DNA from: Aliivibrio fischeri ES114
GTDB taxonomy: Bacteria; Pseudomonadota; Gammaproteobacteria; Enterobacterales; Vibrionaceae
Reading direction: 5' to 3' (one strand)
Length of the DNA stretch: 32,000 nt
NCBI RefSeq assembly: GCF_000011805.1
Contig: NC_006840.2
Shown: piece after piece, positions 1 through 9,373 of the stretch
Layout of the letters: every line of letters starts with the position of its first letter
How positions within the stretch are numbered: the stretch's first letter is position 1
Translations under genes and position numbers: made by a program
The notes under the pieces: generated by a model
What the model saw: the letters and a program-made list of their open reading frames with translations, nothing else
Told to the model about the DNA's origin: nothing
Database searches by the model: none

Positions 1-366
1 CAACTTACCTTCGTAAGTTCGTGCTCGTTGAGCAAATATATCCAGTATTAGACCCGTACGATCTATTACTCGACACTGACATAATTGTTCTAAATTTCGT
101 TCTTGAGCCGGAGATAATGCGTGATTAAAAATCACGATATCTGCGTTATTAGCTCGAACAGCATCGGCAATTTCTTGTGCCTTGCCTTCACCAACATAAT
201 ATTTAGGGAGTGGAGATTGACGGGTTCCCGTCACAACACCTACTGTGTTTACCCCCGCAGAAGAAATTAACATTTTACATTCGTTAAGATCTTCAATCTC
301 CCCTTGATAGGTAAAGTCAATGTGCACAAGAATAGCCTGTTCACCGGATTCATAACGGTCAAACAA
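1..366 (-). CDS. hflX: GTPase HflX, N-terminal part (truncated by the window edge)
   Basis: The minus-strand frame stays open to position 1. From TTG at 364-366 it reads (M)FDRYESGEQAILVHIDF...HALSPAQERNLEQLCQCRVIDRTGLILDIFAQRARTYEGKL, which closely matches the E. coli HflX N-terminus as I recall it. It lies immediately downstream of hfq, as in the miaA-hfq-hflX operon. It is missing from the ORF track because it is partial. Confidence 0.9.
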   Translation of the reverse strand, partial: MFDRYESGEQAILVHIDFTYQGEIEDLNECKMLISSAGVNTVGVVTGTRQSPLPKYYVGEGKAQEIADAVRANNADIVIFNHALSPAQERNLEQLCQCRVIDRTGLILDIFAQRARTYEGKL

Positions 367-405
367 GCGTTAACTCCTTAACTGATTAACTATTCTAGAA
401 TAGTA

Positions 406-705
<300 letters not shown>

Positions 706-776
706 TTATTTAGCTATGAGCCTTTAGCTTATGACTAAACGCACTTAAGTTAAACAACATTGAAGCATTTTTGTGC

Positions 777-1709
777 TTATTTTTTCTCTAATTGAGTCGA
801 AATCAACTCTAAAGCGCCGTCAATGTCATCACTATCAAGCCAAGTTAACTCTTTCCAGCTACGTAGCCAGGTAATTTGTCGCTTGGCTAATTGACGAGTA
901 GCACAGATACCACGGAAAACCGCCTCATCCAATGTCCCCTCCCCGTCAAAATAGTCCCACATTTGTCGATAACCAACACATCGAATTGATGGTAAATCAG
1001 CATGAAGATCATCACGTTCATACAATGCTCGTGCTTCTGCTTCAAACCCTTCTTCCATCATATTCGCAAAGCGAAGTTCAATACGACGATGAATTTCTGC
1101 TCTCTCTTTCGGTGCAATCGCAAATTGATGCACCTCATAAGGCAAAGCATCACCTTTAATCTGGGTTAATTCTGTTAATGTTTTACCCGAAATTCGAAAT
1201 ACTTCCAACGCTCGGGAAAGTCGTTGTGGATCATTTGGATGAATTCTTTCAGCTGAGACAGGATCAATCGTTTTTAATTGATCATGCATCGCTTCCCATC
1301 CAAATTGTTCCGCTTCTTGCTCAATTTGAGCTCTAATGTCAGCATCCGCTGCTGGTAATGGCGAAAGACCTTCAAGTAATGCTTTGTAGTACAACATCGT
1401 ACCACCCACTAACAATGGGATCTTTCCTTGAGCAACGATATCATCCATCTCTTTAAGAGCATCACGACGAAAATCCGCTGCCGAATAACTCTCTGTTGGA
1501 TCAAGAATATCAATAAGACGATGAGGAGCCTGTAAAAGTTCCTCTGCATTTGGTTTTGCCGTACCAATATCCATACCCTTATAGATAAGGGCGGAGTCTA
1601 CGCTAATCAACTCCACAGGAAAACGTTTTCGCAATTCAATTGCTAAGTTTGTTTTCCCTGACGCTGTTGGTCCCATCAAAAAGATGGCTTTTGGTAATGG
1701 TTTATTCAT
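777..1709 (-). CDS. miaA: tRNA dimethylallyltransferase MiaA
   Basis: 310-aa ORF with the P-loop GPTASGKT near the N-terminus and overall MiaA-like sequence. Its start overlaps the mutL stop by 8 nt (1702-1709). Synteny is mutL-miaA-hfq. Confidence 0.95.
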   Translation of the reverse strand: MNKPLPKAIFLMGPTASGKTNLAIELRKRFPVELISVDSALIYKGMDIGTAKPNAEELLQAPHRLIDILDPTESYSAADFRRDALKEMDDIVAQGKIPLLVGGTMLYYKALLEGLSPLPAADADIRAQIEQEAEQFGWEAMHDQLKTIDPVSAERIHPNDPQRLSRALEVFRISGKTLTELTQIKGDALPYEVHQFAIAPKERAEIHRRIELRFANMMEEGFEAEARALYERDDLHADLPSIRCVGYRQMWDYFDGEGTLDEAVFRGICATRQLAKRQITWLRSWKELTWLDSDDIDGALELISTQLEKK

Positions 1710-3684
1710 GACTAAATGCTTGTATCACTTGTGTAATATCGATGTCTTTTAATAATTTAGGGTAGAAATTATTCAATTCATCTCCCCATAATTGCTCTAA
1801 TTCCATCACTAATTGAATAGCTTGAGCAGTAGTATAACTTACTTCATCATGTTGAATTTGATGAGAAAGCCATTTTATTACTTGCTCTAATGATGGATTA
1901 ATTTGTTCTAGATACCTTAACAGATTCGGGATCAATTGTTGTAAGTTCTGCTGTCTGATTGGTTGACAAACAGCCATTACGATAATATTTGTTCTATTTT
2001 TAACTTTAAGATCAATACCTAAAGATTTCAACAAAGAGGCGTAATTAGATAAATTGTTACAAATTGACTCATCAATACCAACAGAAAGCGGTATCAATAA
2101 AGGTTGAGGTTTCAACGGCTCAACATTAACCGAACTTAACTGACCGTAGATTTTGACAAACTCAGCATAGCGTAAGTTCAATAACTGAAGTTGCTTTCCT
2201 TGTTGCAGTAATGCAAAGGTCGATTCAACAACACTTAATACTTTGCCTAATGTGATGCCATTTTTAGACACCTGAGTAACTTGAGGTGCAACTCGCTCAA
2301 TTTGTTGAGTGGATCTGAATGTATGTGATTGCTCATTCACCTGAGAGGTACTTTCTCTCTGCTCTCTATTTTGGGTGGTAAGCAGTTCATTGTAATTAGA
2401 AAGTGCTTTTTTCGTTGGTTTATCAGTATGGAATGAACGAGATGGTGCAGTGGAATTTGAAGATGAACTCCCAACGTTTCCTTTCGGTATCCATGAATCT
2501 AATGGCGCCTTATTTGGATAACTTGGCGTAGATTCTACCGCAGCTCTTAATTGTTCAGATTTAGGATAATGTGTTTGTTGAGGCTGTCGTACATATTCTT
2601 TCATTGGTGGAAAATACGATTCTTTGCTCTCAAGTTGTTGCTCTTCAGCCTCAGACTGAATATGACCAACCACATCAGGTAATGATGCGCCTTGCTGTAA
2701 TGCCCCAAAAATGGCTTGGTAAATAAAATCATGCACTAATCGTGCTTGATGAAAACGTACCTCGTGTTTTGCTGGGTGTACGTTAACATCAACATCATGT
2801 GGATTGATCTCAATAAATAAAATATACGCTGCATATTGGTTTGCAGGCAAAGATGATTCATAACCTTGACGGATAGCATGATTGATTAGCTTATCTTTCA
2901 TCATACGCCCGTTCACATAACAGTATTGAATATCACCCTGTGCTCTTGCTCCTTCTGGAGACGATATCCAACCGTGAAACTTCAACTCTCCATGCTCTAA
3001 CTCGACTTCTAATGCATGTTGCAAGAAATTTGCACCACATACGGCCGCTAAACGTTTTTCTATTTGAGGTTTAGTTTGTGCTGCTCGATATTGACGAACC
3101 ATCTTACCGTTATGACGTAAATTAATCGTCACATCCAATCGACTTAATGCAATACGCTTTAATAGTTCATCAATATGAGTAAATTCTGTTTTATCTGCTC
3201 GCAGGAACTTACGACGTGCTGGAGTATTAAAAAACAGATCAACCACATCGATAGTCGTTCCGATGGGATGAGCTGCTGGCTTTAATTTCACATTCATTTC
3301 TCGACCTTCCGCATAAGCAGACCATGCCTCTTCTTGGGCAACAGTACGAGAAGTTAGTGTTAAACGTGAAACAGAACTAATAGAAGCAAGAGCTTCACCT
3401 CGAAACCCCAAACTAACAATGGCTTCAAGATCGTCTAATGAAGTGATTTTTGATGTGGCATGACGGCTTAAGGCTAAGGTCAGTTCATCTTTTGGGATCC
3501 CCGATCCATTATCACGGATTCGGATTAACTTACTGCCACCTTTTTCGATATCAATATCGATGCGAGTTGCTCCCGCATCGATACTGTTTTCTACCAATTC
3601 TTTAACAACAGAAGCCGGACGCTCCACAACCTCACCCGCCGCAATTTGGTTGGCTAATCGTGCTGGTAAGATTTGAATTGGCAT
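1702..3684 (-). CDS. mutL: DNA mismatch repair endonuclease/ATPase MutL
   Basis: 660-aa ORF. The N-terminus [50 protein letters not shown] is the GHKL ATPase signature of MutL. It has a long Ser/Gln-rich linker and a conserved C-terminal dimerisation region. Confidence 0.97.
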   Translation of the reverse strand: MPIQILPARLANQIAAGEVVERPASVVKELVENSIDAGATRIDIDIEKGGSKLIRIRDNGSGIPKDELTLALSRHATSKITSLDDLEAIVSLGFRGEALASISSVSRLTLTSRTVAQEEAWSAYAEGREMNVKLKPAAHPIGTTIDVVDLFFNTPARRKFLRADKTEFTHIDELLKRIALSRLDVTINLRHNGKMVRQYRAAQTKPQIEKRLAAVCGANFLQHALEVELEHGELKFHGWISSPEGARAQGDIQYCYVNGRMMKDKLINHAIRQGYESSLPANQYAAYILFIEINPHDVDVNVHPAKHEVRFHQARLVHDFIYQAIFGALQQGASLPDVVGHIQSEAEEQQLESKESYFPPMKEYVRQPQQTHYPKSEQLRAAVESTPSYPNKAPLDSWIPKGNVGSSSSNSTAPSRSFHTDKPTKKALSNYNELLTTQNREQRESTSQVNEQSHTFRSTQQIERVAPQVTQVSKNGITLGKVLSVVESTFALLQQGKQLQLLNLRYAEFVKIYGQLSSVNVEPLKPQPLLIPLSVGIDESICNNLSNYASLLKSLGIDLKVKNRTNIIVMAVCQPIRQQNLQQLIPNLLRYLEQINPSLEQVIKWLSHQIQHDEVSYTTAQAIQLVMELEQLWGDELNNFYPKLLKDIDITQVIQAFSHE

Positions 3685-3695
3685 AACCTTGTTCC

Positions 3696-5426
3696 TTAAC
3701 TGGTTGGAATAATGAGCACCTGCCCTATAGCAAGCTCATCTGAACGTAACTTGTTTGCTTTTCTTAAGCTGGAAACAGATACGCCATATTTACTTGCAAT
3801 TTTACCTAAGAATTCACCACGTTTCACCGTGTGTTTCTTAACAGGAGCAACAATACTCACTTTCAATTTTTGTCCAACAAACAAGGTATCAGACTTCAAT
3901 TTATTCAATGATCGGATACTGCTTGTTGTTACTTTATATTTCGATGCAATCTTTCCTAAATACTCACCAGAACGAACTTTATGAGTAATAATAGTACGAG
4001 CCTGACTTGATGAAGTATTCACAGAAGAAGCCGTATTCTTCGGTGCAACATACACAGATTTATTACTTGGGATAACTAAAACTTGTCCAATCTTTAAGCT
4101 CGTGCTTTTAAGATTATTTTCACTTTTAATTTTCGCCATCGTCGTTCCGTATTTCTTTGCAATTAAAGACAAAGACTCACCTGAACGTACTTTATGTTTT
4201 GTTTGACCACCTTGTGCAGCAAGTAGCGTACCTTGCGGCGGATTATCATGAAGATAACGAATGATTGCTTTTGAAATAGAACGTGCAATTTTATCTTGAT
4301 GAGCTCGCTGGAATAATTGCTTTTCTTCCGTTGGATTAGAAATAAAGCCGGTCTCAATCAAAATAGATGGGATATCTGGTGATTTTAATACAGCCAAACT
4401 TGCGTTTACTGGCTCCTTTTTATGTAGTCGAATCACTTTTCCCATTTCAGATAACACATTCTTCGCTAATTTATAGCCTTCTTTTTGAGAGTGACTAAAT
4501 TGCAAATCTAATAACGTTTGGCTTACATTTCTGTCGTTACTATTTTTAGCGAGAACATCTCCAGCACCACCCAATAATTCAGATTGTTTCTCATGTTTTT
4601 CAACCCAGCGACCAATCTCAGTATTCGCTCTGCGAGTATTCAATACAAAAACAGAACCCCCTCTTGGCTGTGGTGAACGGAAACTATCAGCGTGAATAGA
4701 TACTAATAAATGCGACTTATTTTTCCTAGCAATCTCAGTACGCTTGTTTAAATTAACAAAATAATCACCACTACGAGTCATTACCGCTCGCATACCTGGT
4801 TGAGCATTAATTTGAGCAACGACTTTCTTTGAAATAGCTAATGTAGCGTGTTTTTCATACTTTCTTGTTGGTCCAATCGAGCCTGGATCTTCACCACCAT
4901 GCCCAGCATCAATAGCAATAATAATTTCGCCATTACCAACAATATGATTACTACTTGAATTTATTACGGGTTTAGATGGTTTACTTGGTGCTGGAGTTGA
5001 ACTGCTTGTTTTTGAATGAGGTAAATCCATAACAAGACGGTGCCCATACTGCCCACCTGGAGTTGGTGCTAACTTAAACACCTCAGCCATAACAGAGTGC
5101 TTTAATTCAAAAACCAAACGTGTAGTGTTTTTTGATGGTGGTGAACTCTTTCTTATCTTAGTCAGTACCTTGCTGTCTTTAACATTTAAAGGCAACTTGG
5201 CTTTTACATTCGTATTCTTAAGATCAACAACCAAACGGTATGGACTACTTAATGTAAAGTAGCTGTAATTTGCTTCTGAATTTAAGTCAATAACAATACG
5301 AGTTTCATCAGGCGAAGGCCAAACTCGTATTCCCTCTAACGTGTTTGCAGATACAAAAAAGCTACTTGTTGAAAGAACAACAAATAGCGTATACCAAATA
5401 ATTCGAAAATATTTACCGATTAACAC
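3696..5426 (-). CDS. amiB: N-acetylmuramoyl-L-alanine amidase AmiB (AMIN domain, Amidase_3 domain, three C-terminal LysM repeats)
   Basis: 576-aa ORF with an N-terminal hydrophobic signal. The central block [14 protein letters not shown]...LLVSIHADS...[10 protein letters not shown] is typical of the zinc amidase_3 family. Three repeats of the type H(K/T)V(R/K)xGExL..IAxKYxV....L...N.L.S..L..GQ.L.(V/I) are LysM motifs. Synteny is tsaE-amiB-mutL. Confidence 0.93.
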   Translation of the reverse strand: MLIGKYFRIIWYTLFVVLSTSSFFVSANTLEGIRVWPSPDETRIVIDLNSEANYSYFTLSSPYRLVVDLKNTNVKAKLPLNVKDSKVLTKIRKSSPPSKNTTRLVFELKHSVMAEVFKLAPTPGGQYGHRLVMDLPHSKTSSSTPAPSKPSKPVINSSSNHIVGNGEIIIAIDAGHGGEDPGSIGPTRKYEKHATLAISKKVVAQINAQPGMRAVMTRSGDYFVNLNKRTEIARKNKSHLLVSIHADSFRSPQPRGGSVFVLNTRRANTEIGRWVEKHEKQSELLGGAGDVLAKNSNDRNVSQTLLDLQFSHSQKEGYKLAKNVLSEMGKVIRLHKKEPVNASLAVLKSPDIPSILIETGFISNPTEEKQLFQRAHQDKIARSISKAIIRYLHDNPPQGTLLAAQGGQTKHKVRSGESLSLIAKKYGTTMAKIKSENNLKSTSLKIGQVLVIPSNKSVYVAPKNTASSVNTSSSQARTIITHKVRSGEYLGKIASKYKVTTSSIRSLNKLKSDTLFVGQKLKVSIVAPVKKHTVKRGEFLGKIASKYGVSVSSLRKANKLRSDELAIGQVLIIPTS

Positions 5427-5884
5427 AAATCCAACCGCTGTACTAAACTACATCCATACTCATTATTACCTGTGATCACAACATGACGAGCTTCACCATC
5501 GTAGCGAATATCAATATCAAGATCTGGTGCTGGTAATAACCCTTCCCCTTTCTCAGGCCACTCAACTAAACAAATTGCATCATCAGTAAAATAATCACGG
5601 ATCCCCATAAACTCAAGTTCTTCTGGGTCAGCCAAACGATATAGATCGAAATGATATACCTGCCATTGATCAAGTTCATATGGTTCAACTAATGTATAAG
5701 TTGGGCTTTTTACATTACCAGTATGACCTAATGAACGAATGAAACCTCGGCTAAACGTCGTTTTGCCAGCACCAAGGTCACCATGTAGGAAAATTGTTGT
5801 TTGTTGAGTACAAGCTTGAGAAAGCTGTCTACCAAATTCAACCGTATCGTCTTCGGTAGCTAAATTAAATTCAAAGCGTTCCAT
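5420..5884 (-). CDS. tsaE: tRNA threonylcarbamoyladenosine (t6A) biosynthesis ATPase TsaE
   Basis: 154-aa ORF with the Walker A motif GDLGAGKTT and the YHFDLYRL motif typical of YjeE/TsaE. It overlaps the amiB start by 7 nt. Confidence 0.92.
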   Translation of the reverse strand: MERFEFNLATEDDTVEFGRQLSQACTQQTTIFLHGDLGAGKTTFSRGFIRSLGHTGNVKSPTYTLVEPYELDQWQVYHFDLYRLADPEELEFMGIRDYFTDDAICLVEWPEKGEGLLPAPDLDIDIRYDGEARHVVITGNNEYGCSLVQRLDLC

Positions 5885-6096
5885 TATTCACTAATTTCAC
5901 TATTTTAATTGTCTAAATTGATGGACTTGGTATCAAATTCACAATTTAATGTGATGAATGTTTATACACAAGTAATCTTATTGGTTTGTTAATCTCATTG
6001 AGTAGAACTTTTATAATCAGTATCTAATTACGAGTTATCTTGTCTATATGATAAACTTTTACTCATTATACTGTAATAAAAAAATGTAATCTCCCT

Positions 6097-7212
6097 GTGA
6101 AAATTAACTATCAAGAACTCGCAAATAACATCAAACTTTGGGCAAAAGAACTTGGCTTTCAAAAAGTCGGGATCTGTGATGTCGATTTATCTCAACATGA
6201 AGCGGCATTAGAACAATGGTTAGAGGCTGGTTATCACGGTTCAATGGATTGGATGGCTCGACATGGCGTCATGCGAGCAAGACCAGATGAGCTTCATCCA
6301 GGGACAATTCGAGTGATCAGTGCTCGAATGGATTACCTTCCACCTAAAGCTGGCTTTGCTAGTAACTTAAAAGATCCTAATCAAGCTTATATTAGTCGTT
6401 ACGCTCTTGGTCGAGATTACCATAAACTGATCCGTAACCAATTAAAAAAGCTAGGACAAAAAATTGAAGAAGAAGTCGAACAATTAGGTTATCGACCATT
6501 TGTAGATTCTGCTCCAATTTTAGAGCGCCCATTAGCAGAAAAAGCTGGACTTGGTTGGACTGGAAAACATTCACTTCTTCTCGACAAAAATGCGGGGTCT
6601 TGGTTCTTTCTTGGGGAACTATTAGTTGATATCCCACTACCAGTCGACACACCAGTTGAAAATCAATGTGGAAAATGTACAGCGTGTATTTCTTCTTGTC
6701 CCACCAACGCTATTCTTGAAAATGGTGTTATCGACGCTCGTCGTTGCATATCTTATTTAACTATAGAGAACAGCGGTATTATTCCTGAAGAGTTTCGTTC
6801 ACTAATGGGGAATCGTATTTATGGTTGTGATGATTGCCAACTGGTTTGCCCTTGGAACCGAGAAGCAGAAATTACTCAACAAGCGGACTTTCATCGTAGA
6901 AGCTCATTAGGTAACTCTGATCTTATTTCACTTTTCTCTTGGGATGAAAGCACCTTCTTAAAAAACATGGAAGGGTCAGCGATTCGCCGCATAGGGCATA
7001 TCCAATGGCTACGTAATCTTTCTATTGCAATGGGAAATGCGCCTCATTCAGAAGCAATAATATCAGCACTACAAGATCGATTAGGGTTAGATGAGAATTT
7101 AGATATCCATATTCAATGGGCGATAAAGCAACAATCGCTCGTCATCACTTCAAATAGAAAAGAACAACGCTTAATCCGTATCATTGAAAAAGGGCTTCCA
7201 AGAGATGCCTAA
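6097..7212 (+). CDS. queG: Epoxyqueuosine reductase QueG
   Basis: 371-aa ORF with a GTG start. It matches E. coli QueG (YjeS) as recalled across RYALGRDYHK, FVDSAPILERPLAEKAGLGWTGKHSLL and the ferredoxin-type clusters CGKCTACISSCPT and YGCDDCQLVCPWN. The C-terminus ends IEKGLPRDA. Confidence 0.95.
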   Translation: MKINYQELANNIKLWAKELGFQKVGICDVDLSQHEAALEQWLEAGYHGSMDWMARHGVMRARPDELHPGTIRVISARMDYLPPKAGFASNLKDPNQAYISRYALGRDYHKLIRNQLKKLGQKIEEEVEQLGYRPFVDSAPILERPLAEKAGLGWTGKHSLLLDKNAGSWFFLGELLVDIPLPVDTPVENQCGKCTACISSCPTNAILENGVIDARRCISYLTIENSGIIPEEFRSLMGNRIYGCDDCQLVCPWNREAEITQQADFHRRSSLGNSDLISLFSWDESTFLKNMEGSAIRRIGHIQWLRNLSIAMGNAPHSEAIISALQDRLGLDENLDIHIQWAIKQQSLVITSNRKEQRLIRIIEKGLPRDA

Positions 7213-7240
7213 CCAGTATTATCTCAATGACGTTATTCTC

Positions 7241-7552
7241 TGTTGATAACCATTTAAGATTGCATATAGCGTATGTGGAAAAGATTTCTATCTTTAGCAA
7301 ACAACGTAAATATTAAAAAAGTTAAACACAAGACAGGAATATGATTAGGATCAAAGAAGTCAAGCAAAAGATCTTTAAAAATCTTGCAAATAATGTATAA
7401 AAAACAAAAAAACCTTACTTTTCAATCACATGGAAAATATAGGCAAATTTAACGATCAAAAAATAAAAGCAAGATCCTTGATAAAACTCATTTCTTTCAG
7501 TTTTATCATAAACAACTAACAGAGTTATCCACAGAAAGAGGTATGTGGATAA
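7241..7552. promoter_or_regulatory. Cluster of DnaA-box motifs (candidate DnaA-binding, datA-like locus)
   Basis: Read directly from the sequence. Perfect boxes: TTATCCACA at 7525-7533 and its exact inverted copy TGTGGATAA at 7544-7552, 10 bp apart. TGTGGAAAA at 7274-7282 is the reverse complement of TTTTCCACA and fits TTWTNCACA. One-mismatch boxes: TGTTGATAA at 7241-7249 and TTAAACACA at 7322-7330. All lie in non-coding, AT-rich DNA. Confidence 0.45.
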
Positions 7553-7727
7553 GTTGGTTGATTATATGGTAATTAACAAACATAACTAACCCTCTGCGCT
7601 TACTCTTTATATGGAAAAGAGACCAGATGCAGATAGATTATTCGATTCTTTCATTGGTTATGAATCTGAGTATTCTAAAGAGCAGGATTTGTAGTGGGGT
7701 TAATGCTTCACAGCATTAATTTTAAAG

Positions 7728-7759
7728 AAAATAAAAGCGCTGAATATGATTCAGCGCTT
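7728..7759 (-). terminator. Rho-independent terminator of the tRNA operon (hairpin is symmetric, so potentially bidirectional)
   Basis: Perfect 10-bp stem AAGCGCTGAA (7735-7744) / TTCAGCGCTT (7750-7759) with a 5-nt loop. On the minus strand it is followed by TTTTATTTT. It lies 10 nt downstream of the last tRNA. Confidence 0.85.
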
Positions 7760-7769
7760 TTATTAAGTT

Positions 7770-7845
7770 TGGAGCGACACACGAGGTTCGAACTCGTGAC
7801 CTCAACCTTGGCAAGGTTGCGCTCTACCAGCTGAGCTAGTGTCGC
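7770..7845 (-). tRNA. tRNA-Gly (anticodon GCC), copy 1
   Basis: The reverse complement reads GCGACACTAGCTCAGCTGGTAGAGCGCAACCTTGCCAAGGTTGAGGTCACGAGTTCGAACCTCGTGTGTCGCTCCA. It folds as a 76-nt cloverleaf with anticodon loop CUUGCCAA and an encoded CCA. Confidence 0.95.
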
Positions 7846-7877
7846 ATGATCAACCGCTAATGCGTTTAATCTAAATA

Positions 7878-7954
<77 letters not shown>

Positions 7955-8014
7955 TCCGGATGCATTGTTTAAGACAATGAGACTATAAACCATTTTTCTC
8001 TTCGAGAAAGAAAA

Positions 8015-8091
8015 TGGAGCGACACACGAGGTTCGAACTCGTGACCTCAACCTTGGCAAGGTTTGCGCTCTACCAGCTGAGCTAGTGTCGC
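8015..8091 (-). tRNA. tRNA-Gly (GCC) variant copy 2, with a 1-nt insertion in the 5' arm of the anticodon stem
   Basis: Identical to the other three Gly copies except that the plus strand reads ggcaaggtTTgcgctc with an extra T (ggcaaggtttgcgctc versus ggcaaggttgcgctc). The tRNA therefore reads GAGCGCAAACCTTGCC and is 77 nt long. Confidence 0.8.
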
Positions 8092-8123
8092 ATGATCAAC
8101 CGCTAATGCGTTCAATCTAAATG

Positions 8124-8200
<77 letters not shown>

Positions 8201-8260
8201 TCCGGATGCATTGTTTAAGACAATGAGACTATAAACCATTTTTCTCTTCGAGAAAGAAAA

Positions 8261-8336
8261 TGGAGCGACACACGAGGTTCGAACTCGTGACCTCAACCTT
8301 GGCAAGGTTGCGCTCTACCAGCTGAGCTAGTGTCGC
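8261..8336 (-). tRNA. tRNA-Gly (GCC), copy 3
   Basis: Sequence identical to 7770-7845. Confidence 0.95.
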
Positions 8337-8368
8337 ATGATTAACCGCTAATGCGTTCAATCTAAATG

Positions 8369-8445
<77 letters not shown>

Positions 8446-8516
8446 TCCGGATGCATTGTTAAGTACAATGAAACTTTATCTTATCATTCAATTACTTGAA
8501 CAAGAAGCTTTTAATT

Positions 8517-8592
8517 TGGAGCGACACACGAGGTTCGAACTCGTGACCTCAACCTTGGCAAGGTTGCGCTCTACCAGCTGAGCTAGTGTCGC
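8517..8592 (-). tRNA. tRNA-Gly (GCC), copy 4 (promoter-proximal)
   Basis: Sequence identical to 7770-7845. Confidence 0.95.
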
Positions 8593-8630
8593 ATTCTGAT
8601 AAGGAGTAGCTCCTCGTTCAGAGGCTGCGA

Positions 8631-8658
8631 ATTATACGAGTAAACTGTGATGATGCAA
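8631..8658 (-). promoter_or_regulatory. Sigma70 promoter of the Gly/fMet tRNA operon
   Basis: On the minus strand: -35 TTGCAT (8658-8653), a 16-bp spacer, then a consensus -10 TATAAT (8636-8631). A GC-rich discriminator TCGCAGCC follows, typical of stringently controlled stable-RNA promoters. An A/T-tract (UP-element-like) lies upstream at 8664-8694. The predicted leader to the first tRNA is about 30 nt. Confidence 0.7.
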
Positions 8659-8668
8659 GCGTATTTTG

Positions 8669-8698
8669 AAAAAAAATGCGATTTTTTTTCAAAATCGC
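8669..8698 (-). terminator. Rho-independent terminator downstream of orn
   Basis: On the minus strand: GCGATTTT-gaaaa-AAAATCGC (8-bp stem) followed by ATTTTTTTTC. It lies 32 nt after the orn stop codon. Confidence 0.75.
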
Positions 8699-8729
8699 GT
8701 TTTTCCGCTCAACAAATCATCAAATGAAA

Positions 8730-9275
8730 TTAAATTGTGAAAATATGTTGGCGATAATACTTCAATTCTGCAATAGATTCGCGAATATCATCTAACGCTA
8801 AATGTGTGCCTGCTTTGGTAAAACCATCTAAAACTTCAGGTTTCCATCGACGAGCTAGCTCTTTAATTGTACTTACATCAACATAGCGGTAATGAAAATA
8901 CTCTTCTAATCTTGGCATGTGCTTATATAAAAAACGACGATCTTGTCCAATACTATTACCACAAATTGGTGATACGCCTTTTGGAACCCATTGCTCAAGG
9001 AAAGCAATAGTTTCTGCAATTGCCGCTTCTTCATCGTATTTACTTTCTTGTACTCGAGCGACTAATCCGCTATTTGTATGAGTATTGGTACACCAATTGT
9101 CCATTTTAGCCAACTCTTCTTCTGGCTGATGGATCGCAATTACTGGACCTTCTGCTAAAATATTCAGTTGTGCATCTGTCACAATAGATGCAATTTCGAT
9201 GATTTTATGAGTTTCAGGATCCAATCCTGTCATCTCTAAATCCACCCAAATCAGGTTTTGATCATTAATTGCCAT
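8730..9275 (-). CDS. orn: Oligoribonuclease Orn
   Basis: 181-aa [16 protein letters not shown]... carries the DEDDh exonuclease motif I. It also has the ...[19 protein letters not shown]-terminal motif. Synteny with rsgA (divergent) and the tRNA-Gly genes matches E. coli. Confidence 0.96.
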   Translation of the reverse strand: MAINDQNLIWVDLEMTGLDPETHKIIEIASIVTDAQLNILAEGPVIAIHQPEEELAKMDNWCTNTHTNSGLVARVQESKYDEEAAIAETIAFLEQWVPKGVSPICGNSIGQDRRFLYKHMPRLEEYFHYRYVDVSTIKELARRWKPEVLDGFTKAGTHLALDDIRESIAELKYYRQHIFTI

Positions 9276-9373
9276 AGAGAGTTGCCTATTTTGTAACTAA
9301 AAAGGGTATGATACTCGGGCCGATTTATCTTTCAACATAAAACTGAAAGCCAACCAACAAGTGAATTAATTTC

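Noticed and set aside
390-403. A 14-bp perfect palindrome, CTATTCTAGAATAG, between the hfq stop and the hflX start.
   Set aside because: It can form only a 5-bp AT-rich stem and has no U-tract. It is too weak to call a terminator or an operator. It is possibly a minor attenuator, as in the E. coli hfq-hflX junction, but I cannot support that from sequence alone.
932-1159. Antisense or out-of-frame ORFs of 60-140 aa nested in conserved genes. Examples: 932-1159, 3712-3984, 4163-4357, 6392-6652, 10363-10569, 11691-11927, 13758-14189, 14297-14515, 15447-15665, 15721-15918, 16173-16436, 24268-24709, 25023-25208, 25903-26625, 27449-27649 and 28777-29187.
   Set aside because: Each lies wholly or largely inside a strongly supported conserved CDS, on the opposite strand or in another frame. 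Their composition is odd (Cys/His/Leu-rich or low-complexity) and they lack ribosome-binding sites. These are typical shadow ORFs.
7273-7694. Mini-ORFs in the queG-tRNA gap: 23 aa from 7273, 19 aa from 7341, 19 aa from 7394, 28 aa from 7431 and 27 aa from 7611.
   Set aside because: None has a properly spaced Shine-Dalgarno sequence. Their composition is that of AT-rich intergenic DNA, and I recognised no similarity to any known small protein.
7213-7734. DnaA boxes, a GATC cluster and AT-rich DNA could suggest a replication origin.
   Set aside because: I saw no tandem AT-rich 13-mer DNA-unwinding element. There is no array of closely packed, like-oriented boxes. The gene context (queG/tRNA/orn) is not the gidA-mioC or dnaA-dnaN context of known gammaproteobacterial oriC. 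A DnaA-titrating or regulatory site is the more conservative reading.
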